Below, piece after piece: positions 48,694 to 56,668 of a stretch of 64,000 nt of DNA; positions within the stretch are counted from its first letter, which is position 1; each line of letters opens with the position of its first letter. A model generated the notes under the pieces. That model had not been told where the DNA came from, made no database searches, and saw nothing but the letters and a program-made list of their open reading frames with translations. This DNA comes from Thermodesulfovibrionales bacterium (GTDB lineage: Bacteria; Nitrospirota; Thermodesulfovibrionia; Thermodesulfovibrionales; UBA6898). Both the position numbers and the translations under genes were made by a program. The stretch spans positions 30,779 through 94,778 of the forward strand of contig JBIOIY010000005.1 in assembly GCA_044450345.1 (NCBI GenBank), in the 5' to 3' direction.

Positions 48694-50073
48694 CTAAAAA
48701 GTTTTCCAATACAGATAGTACTGGACACTTTTGGTGCTCAAATTCTTCACAACTATGTAATAGGTACCGGGGAGCAGCGTCGTAGTATTCGATGTGATCG
48801 CGGTCGACTGTTTCAGGATCATAGTCTCACCCGAATAATCGCTTGCATTGGTAGCGCACCACACTGAAGGGGGATACGTTTTGACAGGGATATAGCTGGC
48901 AGTGTATGTCGCCGCGTCGGCGGCGGTCAGCGTTTTACTCGACGGCACAATGCAAAACTCCGTATAACCGTTCTGGGAGCCTGACGCCAGTGAGGCACGG
49001 GAGCTTGTCTGCCCGTTCGGCACGGTAATCTTAAAATACTGTGTTGCACCGGGGAGAATAGTGTACACCTTGTTATTTTGAGGTCCGTAAACGATCGTAT
49101 CGGTAATAGGGACTTCACCAATAGGGCAAGCCTCAGACAGTATTGGGTTGCCGCCTGAACAGCCAGCGGGTGAACTGCTGGCTATTGTTCTGGTAAGGTT
49201 CTGACCAGCCGTGCATGAAGTATCCGAGGGCGACCAAGCGGAATAAGTCCAACTTGTGCAAGGCACTGCTCCCGGAGTACAACTTATCGTCCCTGCCGGC
49301 GCACCGCCGCTGCACCCCGCTGGAGAACTGCTCGTCACCAAAGCCGGACAGGTGCCGCTCGCCGGACATGTTCCGTTGCAAGTATATGTGAATGAAGTAC
49401 AGGTTTGCGGAGGGCAACTCTGCACCGTGACCTGGTCAGGTATCCCGACGCAACCTGCCGGACTGCCGGTCGCCGTCCTGCTCTGGATGGAGCCGGCCGC
49501 GCACGATGCGGGTGTCCAGCTATTATAGCCCCAGCTAGTACAGGCCGGAGTGCACGGCAGTGTCGTCAATTGAGCCGCCATACACCCTTGCGGATTTCCT
49601 GTCCTGGTCATGACTCCGCCTGTGCACGCTGTCCAGGCGCCGTAGCTCGTGCAAGGTACATTAGCAGGGAACGCTGCATTAACAACAGAAGCGGTGATCG
49701 CAGGCGTAATTGAGCCGCAGTTTATTGTTGGCAGTGGAAGAGTCATTGTGGTTGCAAACTTACCGGTCGCATCAATCGTCCCGGTCCAACTAGGGGCATT
49801 TGTGGAATCAAATCCATTTAGTCTCACCGCGCCAGAGGCGGAATCCCAGAATAAATCCGGGGCATAACACGAGTTCGGGATTGGAACAGTCTGAGTCGGC
49901 GGCGGTAGTATGTTTCCATCACAATCCATTGCCTTTATCGTCAGCGCGCCGGTGGTGGCCGCTTGATAAACATAAATGCTTGTATCGCCCCAACTCAAGG
50001 CGCTGTTCAACAAAAGAAATGCTGTCACAATGACTACGGCAACTCCTATGCTCTTATTCGTCCTATAATTCAC
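48694..50073 (-). CDS. Secreted protein with four Cys/Trp-rich (thrombospondin-like) repeats and a C-terminal PPC-like beta-sandwich
   Basis: GTG start after AGGAGGTG; signal peptide; repeats CTS[YWF]...W...C...RT...P.GC; C-terminal YFKITVP...PGTYYIVV. Confidence 0.7.
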   Translation of the reverse strand: MNYRTNKSIGVAVVIVTAFLLLNSALSWGDTSIYVYQAATTGALTIKAMDCDGNILPPPTQTVPIPNSCYAPDLFWDSASGAVRLNGFDSTNAPSWTGTIDATGKFATTMTLPLPTINCGSITPAITASVVNAAFPANVPCTSYGAWTACTGGVMTRTGNPQGCMAAQLTTLPCTPACTSWGYNSWTPASCAAGSIQSRTATGSPAGCVGIPDQVTVQSCPPQTCTSFTYTCNGTCPASGTCPALVTSSSPAGCSGGAPAGTISCTPGAVPCTSWTYSAWSPSDTSCTAGQNLTRTIASSSPAGCSGGNPILSEACPIGEVPITDTIVYGPQNNKVYTILPGATQYFKITVPNGQTSSRASLASGSQNGYTEFCIVPSSKTLTAADAATYTASYIPVKTYPPSVWCATNASDYSGETMILKQSTAITSNTTTLLPGTYYIVVKNLSTKSVQYYLYWKTF

Positions 50074-50209
50074 AATGCACCTCCTGCTTTATACCAAAAT
50101 TATATTGATTCCTCAATGTCTTTTTTGCCCAATCGTTGAAGTATAGCATAGCAGCCATGTACCTTTTAAATTAAATTTCCTTAATAAATTCATTTATCTA
50201 ATTAAATAT

Positions 50210-50226
50210 AGCAGATTTCGTGCCAA
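50210..50226 (-). promoter_or_regulatory. Sigma54 promoter
   Basis: Minus strand TTGGCACGAAATCTGCT (GG-N10-GC), about 140 nt upstream of 50073. Confidence 0.82.
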
Positions 50227-50604
50227 CACTTCTGTGAGGCAGATCACAATGCTAGTACCAATAAATGCCTTAAAAACCATCGGTAAGGCCCCGCGTGATC
50301 GCAATTTATAGGGCAGGAAGCTTCCGGTCGGTGACAGTTTAGTGACAGAGTTGCGTCAAATTCGGTCAGTTGGACGTATTCATTACCCGAGGCTGACAAC
50401 CCTTAACTTTGGAGGGGGTGGGGAGTATCACTCAATGTTTCCTATATTAGAAAAAATTTTCCTACAGGGAAAGAGTTACCGGATTAGTGGGACCAGGACT
50501 TGGTACGAAGCTTGAAGTTAACATCTCCTGTCGATTAACTGCAAATACCGACAGGGTAACTGTTGTGCACCACCACGTTGTCCTTTTCATCCGGGATAAA
50601 AGGC

Positions 50605-50633
50605 AAAAAAAAAGGGGGGCAGATGCCCCCCTT
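50605..50633 (-). terminator. Intrinsic terminator
   Basis: Minus strand AAGGGGGGCA-TC-TGCCCCCCTT followed by a T run, 20 nt after the stop at 50653. Confidence 0.85.
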
Positions 50634-50652
50634 GCAAAACAAACACATATTA

Positions 50653-52032
50653 CTACCTGATTGATAAGTCGATCGGCTCTTCTGAAGTAGCCAATATGTT
50701 CGTGGTGAACTGCATCGGGAATGCGCCCGGATTCATCAGCGTCAAACCGAGCGAAGGCCAGCCCTGAGCAAATGCTACAGGGGCAACAGCCGGGAACGGA
50801 TTCTCATGAGCAGGATCAATAGCCGGCGAGAGGCTGGTTGCATTCAGATCCACAACGAACCACCCGAAATTGAAGGCGCTCTGAACGAGAGGAAGGACCT
50901 CAACATCAGATGTCATGATGCTGTTTCCGGTCTTAGGAAGAATAGCGTTAACTTCGAACGGGAGATTGTCCTGCTGGACCGGGGTGCACGGAGATCCGAC
51001 GCATCCGCTGCCTGTCGTCGTTTTTTCGTCATTGTCAAAGAACTGGAACGTCACCCTGTTGTCATCGAACTCGTCGTTGTCGGCTCCGCATACCTGGGTC
51101 AATGCCTTGGTAGGAAGGGTGACGATGAACTCGGTCTTCAGGTTGCTCAGGTCATAAATCGAAAAGAGCTGGGTCTTTGCGAGGATGAAGTTCACGCCCC
51201 TAATCCCGTCCTGACCGGAAGCAAGAGTCGGCAATGAAGTCGTCGGCTGGTCCTGTATATCGCCGCCGGCGAAATTAGCGATTGCCGTCGCGTCATAGGT
51301 AAACGTTGTTCCCAGCGATCCGCCGCTGATTATCGCCGCGTTGCCGAAAAGGCTGTTTGTCGGGGCGCCGATGTCGCGGTCGTCGAGAGGATTACAGCTC
51401 GTAGGCTCTGCCTCGATCGTTCTTTCGCCGATGATCTCGAAGTAACCTTCGAGCGTGTTGCCTGCGGTTATCCCTGTAATAGGGTTGCCGTTCCCGCCGT
51501 GTTTGAATGCAATACAATGATCAGCATCCGCGCCCGGGACACCAGTGAACCCGAAGAACCCGATAGCAGACCCGGCATTGGGGCCGAACCAGGTCATGGT
51601 CTGATCGCCTGCGAGTACGCAAATCTTTCCACCGCCGCCGGGGATCTGCTGGATCTTGGCAGCCCACATGTCGTTACTCGATAGGCAAATGTCGAAGTCG
51701 AGGACTTCAAAGCTGCCACGCGCCTCCTCAGGAGTGCATACGCCGTTTGGCTTAATGTCGGCAGCTTCACGGAACCTTACCCTGGCCCTGATACCTGAGA
51801 CATCGGTATTCACAACCGTGAAGAACGTAACATTGCCCCTCGCGTTGTAATAGTTGTAGATAAGGGTGTCTCCCACGCCCGCCGGGCTGACAAAGTTATT
51901 CAGCGTCGGCGGAAGGGTCGGGCCGGAGTTCGACTGCAGGCCACCGATCTGGGCGGCGCTTGCAATTCCAAATCCAGCCAAAACGAATAGAGCAACAAGC
52001 AAGCCAAAAATACTTTTTCGTGTAATCAACAT
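50653..52032 (-). CDS. Probable abundant cell-surface / S-layer-like protein
   Basis: Signal peptide (ASAA); SP.G.GD.LIY.YY....T...VVNT....RVRFRE...SFEVLDFDICLS.ND.W motif and GYFEII; strong RBS AAGGAGG; own terminator. Confidence 0.6.
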   Translation of the reverse strand: MLITRKSIFGLLVALFVLAGFGIASAAQIGGLQSNSGPTLPPTLNNFVSPAGVGDTLIYNYYNARGNVTFFTVVNTDVSGIRARVRFREAADIKPNGVCTPEEARGSFEVLDFDICLSSNDMWAAKIQQIPGGGGKICVLAGDQTMTWFGPNAGSAIGFFGFTGVPGADADHCIAFKHGGNGNPITGITAGNTLEGYFEIIGERTIEAEPTSCNPLDDRDIGAPTNSLFGNAAIISGGSLGTTFTYDATAIANFAGGDIQDQPTTSLPTLASGQDGIRGVNFILAKTQLFSIYDLSNLKTEFIVTLPTKALTQVCGADNDEFDDNRVTFQFFDNDEKTTTGSGCVGSPCTPVQQDNLPFEVNAILPKTGNSIMTSDVEVLPLVQSAFNFGWFVVDLNATSLSPAIDPAHENPFPAVAPVAFAQGWPSLGLTLMNPGAFPMQFTTNILATSEEPIDLSIR

Positions 52033-52221
52033 CTAATTCCTCCTTTTTCCTGTAATTAATTCATTGCTTCTCTCTAAGGAGAGATATTTAAAAACATTGC
52101 CTGTAATCAACAAAGCGCCGATTGATCCCTCTGATCTCTCACCTCCTTATCTTCATTAAGTTTAAAAGACAGATTCATAATCAGACCTCTTTATCAGTCT
52201 TTTCTTGTCAGGCCTTTTCTG

Positions 52222-52644
52222 CTACTCCGGCACATGATACCAGACGCCGTCGACCTTGACCCACTTTTCATTGAGTTCCATATACGAATTCATGTCAACC
52301 TTTTTCGGCACCTTTGGAACCATCATCTTGACCTCTGTCTCGACTCCGACTGTCATTGAAGCCGCTTCCTTCTCTATCTCGATTTTCCCAACCGTAGCGT
52401 TCTTCCACTTCATGTTGGGACGAATCCGCCTTATATAATCCATGAGCCCTACTGTTTTTCTGTATAAAGGATACTCAAATTCATACGCCTTGTCAAACTC
52501 CTGGTTGCATATGTATCCCCAGTATATCGTTCCCCTATCTTTCAGCATCTCTTCATCCGATCCATTTTTTGCTGTTTCTTTTATAGAACATCCGGCGAAA
52601 ATAATCAAGAAAAAAAAAGCTGTACAAATAAACTTTGCTCTCAT
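52222..52644 (-). CDS. Lipoprotein (NTF2-like fold, hypothetical)
   Basis: Lipobox FAGC; YW...F.KAY..E; C-terminal EKWVKVDGVWYH. Confidence 0.65.
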   Translation of the reverse strand: MRAKFICTAFFFLIIFAGCSIKETAKNGSDEEMLKDRGTIYWGYICNQEFDKAYEFEYPLYRKTVGLMDYIRRIRPNMKWKNATVGKIEIEKEAASMTVGVETEVKMMVPKVPKKVDMNSYMELNEKWVKVDGVWYHVPE

Positions 52645-52787
52645 TGTTCACGCCTGCCTCTTGATCTTCGCTAACGGAACACATCTTCGTAATAAGATAT
52701 TATCTATATTTTTTTCTGTCAAGCTTTTTTTTAATAAATTCATATTCATTTTGGCCTAGTTTGCACAATCGGTTGCCTAATTAGCTC

Positions 52788-52804
52788 TGCAATAAATATG
52801 CCAT
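52788..52804 (-). promoter_or_regulatory. Sigma54 promoter
   Basis: Minus strand ATGGCATATTTATTGCA (GG-N10-GC), about 145 nt upstream of the lipoprotein gene. Confidence 0.8.
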
Positions 52805-53006
52805 TATCAACATCGCCCATCCCATCAAGAAATGCATCATAACTCATCGTTTTTACAACATCTTGGGTTTTTTGCCTTGTCTATCAGTGTGTCGATAAAC
52901 ACACATGCTGTGTTTCTTAATGTACACTGCAAAGGCATCTGCACACCGTCTCTTGCCCGGTCGCTGATTTGGCAGCACGGAGCACTGAAAATCCGCATAG
53001 GTCAGT

Positions 53007-55226
53007 TCAATTTCCCGAATTAGGCACGGGCTCGACCGGCTGTTCCTTCTTAGGCTCCTGCTTCCTGCCTCTCTCTTTGATGAACTTGTCGATATCTTTG
53101 TCTTTGGCGCCGGCCCTATACCGGTCAACATACTCAGAGGTAACATCCTTCGCCTCCTGCTGGTTCCTTACCACATGGGGCGTCAGCAGGATGATAATCT
53201 CATTTCTCGTGACCTTGTCAGACGTATTCCCAAAAAGCGCACCGAGGATCGGGATCCTGCTAAGTAACGGCACCCCCGATGTTCCCTTAGATGTGTCCTC
53301 CCTAATGAGACCGCCTATAATAATCGTCTCGCCATCGCGGGCAACGAGATTGGAAGTAACCTCCGTCTTATTGATAGAGACTTCATCCAGGCCTCCGACT
53401 ACTACTGCATCACCGACCGCGGAAATCTCCTGGGACAACTCAAGAGAGATCAGCCCGCTGTCGTTTACCTGGGGCTTCACCTTGAGGATTATACCAATGT
53501 CTTTATATTGGACGGTGGTCGTGCCTATGACTGGCGTGTTGGTCGTGGCAATCCCAGTCGTCGTTGAAGTTGCCGTAATCTGAGAAGACGTCGAGGTCGC
53601 AAGGGGAATCTGCTGCCCCACCTGGATCCTCGCTTCCCGATTGTCCGCCACAAGGATGTGTGGCGCAGCCACGACTTTTGCCTTAGACCGGTCTTCGAGG
53701 GCCGTGAGCACGGCCCTTATGTTTCCCGTAGGATCATAGCCGATAAAGGTGAACCCGTCGGTCGGAACTTTAGAAAATGTGGTAGTATTCACTCCAAGGT
53801 TGCCGCTGCTGCTGCTATTGCTGCCGAGATCTACAGGATTTTTAAAAGGTTTTAGACCCGTTATCTTGAAATCGGTATTCATGGAATATGACATCCCGAA
53901 ACTTAAATTATCCGTCAGGGTCACTTGGACTATCAGTCCTTCGAGAATCACCTGTCTCGGCATAATATCGATTTTCTGGATCGTATCAAGTATGAGAGCG
54001 TAATCTTCCGGAGTAGCAAGGATCACGATCGAATTAGTGACCTCATCTGGAATAATCTTCGTGATCTCCGAAACAAGTCCCTCCCCTGTAGATTGGCCTC
54101 CTACTAATATCTGTGGCGAAGGCGCAGTCGGAGCTGTAGGTTGACCGGGGATAGGCGGCCTCTGCGATGTCGTTGTCGTCCCTGCGGTCGATGTTTTTGG
54201 GACGGTCGACGCTCCGCCCTTCTGGAAGATCTGCTGCAGAAGCGCAGCGACATCCTTCGCCTTACTGTTCTGCACAGCGTATACAAAGATTCTGGGGGTT
54301 ACCTGTTTGAGCTTCTCGTTGTCAAATGTGTCGACAAGCTGAAGGAGTCTCTTCACATTCGCATCCGTATCGATGATGACGATATGGTTGCTCTTCGGCA
54401 CATCGACGATCACGGCGCTCGTCGAAAGAAACGGGGTCAGTATTCTCGTCATCTCGCTGGACTGGATAAATTTGATCGGCACCACCTGAAGCCGCGCCTT
54501 ACCCGTCAGCTCGATTTCCTGAGGGTCCCTACCCATGCCTACAGCGGCCGGCTCCTTCGGCAGGTCGCCGATCGGCACAATGCGGTAGAGCCCGCCTTCT
54601 TCCACTACGCCGACGCCGTTAAGCCTCAGGATCACCTCCATCAAAGGAAGCACGTCCTCCTTGGCTACCGGGGCGACAGATCTGAAATTCACCCTGCCTT
54701 TGACACGAGGATCTATTATATAGTTCACTCTCAGGACATCCCCGAAGATTGTCTGTATCACCGAATAGACGTCGGCATCGTCAAAGTTGAAGCTGACATC
54801 ACCCTTCCTTGCCGTCGGGGTACGGGGCCTCACAGTCTGCGTCGCCGGTTGAGCAGGCGGAGGCGCAGGCGAAGGTGCCGGTTGGACCGCTTCAGGCTGC
54901 GGTGGCAGAGTTGTGGGTGCAGGAGGCGGTGCCGGTTGGACCGCTTCAGGCTGCGTCGGTGTTACCGCAGGCTGAGCTGCCGGCTGCGCAGGCGTAGGAG
55001 CTGGATTAACCGCTTCAGGCCGCGGTGCCGGAGTTGTGGGTGGTGCCGGGGACGGCGCAGGCTGAGCTGCCGGCGGCTGGGACCGCTGCTGCGGCATCTC
55101 GAAAAATGCTGTTTGGAAGGCGTTATCGGGCAACGGCCCCGCGGACGAAATCCCGGGGTCCGCTAAAAAAACGCAGCCAAGACAAAATAGTATAACTAAA
55201 GCGATTATTCGATTATGCATCAGCAC
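53007..55226 (-). CDS. gspD: Type II secretion secretin GspD with Pro-rich N-terminal extension
   Basis: SFNFDDAD, NYIIDPRVKG.V, N-domains, QVILEGLIVQV, DNREARIQVG, YKDIGIIL.VKPQVN, GETIIIGGLI, GVPLLSRIPILGALF, IILLTPHVV. Confidence 0.92.
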   Translation of the reverse strand: MLMHNRIIALVILFCLGCVFLADPGISSAGPLPDNAFQTAFFEMPQQRSQPPAAQPAPSPAPPTTPAPRPEAVNPAPTPAQPAAQPAVTPTQPEAVQPAPPPAPTTLPPQPEAVQPAPSPAPPPAQPATQTVRPRTPTARKGDVSFNFDDADVYSVIQTIFGDVLRVNYIIDPRVKGRVNFRSVAPVAKEDVLPLMEVILRLNGVGVVEEGGLYRIVPIGDLPKEPAAVGMGRDPQEIELTGKARLQVVPIKFIQSSEMTRILTPFLSTSAVIVDVPKSNHIVIIDTDANVKRLLQLVDTFDNEKLKQVTPRIFVYAVQNSKAKDVAALLQQIFQKGGASTVPKTSTAGTTTTSQRPPIPGQPTAPTAPSPQILVGGQSTGEGLVSEITKIIPDEVTNSIVILATPEDYALILDTIQKIDIMPRQVILEGLIVQVTLTDNLSFGMSYSMNTDFKITGLKPFKNPVDLGSNSSSSGNLGVNTTTFSKVPTDGFTFIGYDPTGNIRAVLTALEDRSKAKVVAAPHILVADNREARIQVGQQIPLATSTSSQITATSTTTGIATTNTPVIGTTTVQYKDIGIILKVKPQVNDSGLISLELSQEISAVGDAVVVGGLDEVSINKTEVTSNLVARDGETIIIGGLIREDTSKGTSGVPLLSRIPILGALFGNTSDKVTRNEIIILLTPHVVRNQQEAKDVTSEYVDRYRAGAKDKDIDKFIKERGRKQEPKKEQPVEPVPNSGN
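54874..54955. repeat. 28-bp direct repeat inside the gspD Pro-rich linker
   Basis: GGTGCCGGTTGGACCGCTTCAGGCTGCG at 54874-54901 and 54928-54955, encoding QPEAVQPAP. Confidence 0.85.
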
Positions 55227-55582
55227 CTCAATTCATATGCGTATCATAAAGATTACTTGTATAGCCGCCACGTGTCAAGGCACCAGAATCGCCCTCTGCC
55301 TCTCCGGTGGTTCGCAGGGCGGCAGGCGCGCCCGCCGACAGGCCGTCCGTTTTTCTCAGCTATAAGAATAGCAGATGCATCTCCGCGATTTCAATTTGCC
55401 AGCGCCGGGGAACGTGCGGCCGGCAGCCCGCCGAGAATGACCGGCAATGCCGCCTTCGCGCAGAGGCTCACTGTCTTGCGGTGAATTCCGGGGGGCTCCC
55501 TTGCGAACACGCGGAAATCTTAAGTATAATGATCGACAATGGTCTTTCGACTTTCATACCTCTCAGACGCCGCTCAGGCCGC

Positions 55583-56284
55583 ATGAACCATCTCATCATC
55601 CTGCCCGCATATAACGAAGAGAGGACCATCCTGAAGGTGGTCGAAGAGATAAAAATCAACATCCCGTTTTCCGACATCCTGGTCGTCGACGACGGCTCGA
55701 CCGACCGCACGGGCGCCATCGCGGCCGAAGAAGGCGTCATGGTGGTACATCACCCCTTCAACCTCGGGTACGGCGCCGCGCTGCAGACCGGATTCCGCTT
55801 CGCAAAAAAAAGAGGCTACGAATACGTGATCACGATGGACGCCGACGGCCAGCATATCAGCTCTTCGGCGACAAGCCTTATACGTGCAATGCAGGAGCAG
55901 GACGCGGACGTGGTCATCGGATCGAGGTTTACCGGGAACGGATACAGGATGGGACCTATGAGAAAAATAGGCATTATGCTCTTTTCCCTGGTGGCGAAGG
56001 CCTTTACGGGCATACGCATCACCGATCCCACTTCAGGCTTCCAACTCATCGGCAGGCGCGCGTTTTCCTATCTCGCAGAGGGCGACAATTACCCTCTGGA
56101 TTACCCGGACGTGAATATCATCATGGCCCTCCACAAGAAAGAGTTCAGGATCGTAGAGGCGCCGGTCACGATGAAAGAAAACGAATACGGGAAGTCGATG
56201 CACAACGGCCTCAAGCCTCTCGTGTATGTCCTGAAAATGTGCCTCGCCATTATAATGGTGCTCGTCAGGGGAAGGGGGAGATAA
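55583..56284 (+). CDS. GT2 glycosyltransferase, DPM1-like (polyprenol-phosphate glycosyltransferase)
   Basis: ATG 55583; IILPAYNEE, VVDDGSTD, NLGYGAALQTG, MDADGQH, IGSRF, DPTSGF. Confidence 0.88.
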   Translation: MNHLIILPAYNEERTILKVVEEIKINIPFSDILVVDDGSTDRTGAIAAEEGVMVVHHPFNLGYGAALQTGFRFAKKRGYEYVITMDADGQHISSSATSLIRAMQEQDADVVIGSRFTGNGYRMGPMRKIGIMLFSLVAKAFTGIRITDPTSGFQLIGRRAFSYLAEGDNYPLDYPDVNIIMALHKKEFRIVEAPVTMKENEYGKSMHNGLKPLVYVLKMCLAIIMVLVRGRGR

Positions 56285-56653
56285 ATGTCTTTTGGAATGA
56301 GGATAATGTTGTTCGTCTTCGGGGTGATTTTGTTTGCGATCATATTCGAACTCGTCAGGCGAAGACGTTTCAGGGAAGAGTTGTCAATTGCATGGTTCGG
56401 GGTCGCCATCGTGCTTATGGCGAGTTCGATTGCCGACAAAATCATAGACCCTTTCGCGAGAAGGCTCGGCATAGGATACCCGCCTGCGCTCGTCTTTGCA
56501 TGGATCGTCTTCTGCCTCATCCTCGCGCTTATCTACTTCTCGTCCGTTATTTCCGATCTCAAGGGGAAGATAAAAGAACTGAGCCAGAAGATAGCACTGC
56601 TGGAATTGGAGATGGAAGATAGGAAAGATGACAGCAGCGGTCGCACTCCCTAG
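56285..56653 (+). CDS. DUF2304-like small membrane protein
   Basis: LVRRRRFREELSIAW, LGIGYPP, IKELSQKIALLE; follows a DPM1-like GT2, the usual arrangement. Confidence 0.8.
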   Translation: MSFGMRIMLFVFGVILFAIIFELVRRRRFREELSIAWFGVAIVLMASSIADKIIDPFARRLGIGYPPALVFAWIVFCLILALIYFSSVISDLKGKIKELSQKIALLELEMEDRKDDSSGRTP

Positions 56654-56668
56654 AAGGGACGAAGTTTC

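Noticed and set aside
54141..55166. 341-aa Arg-rich ORF on the + strand
   Set aside because: Antisense to gspD; composition reflects the Pro-rich linker.
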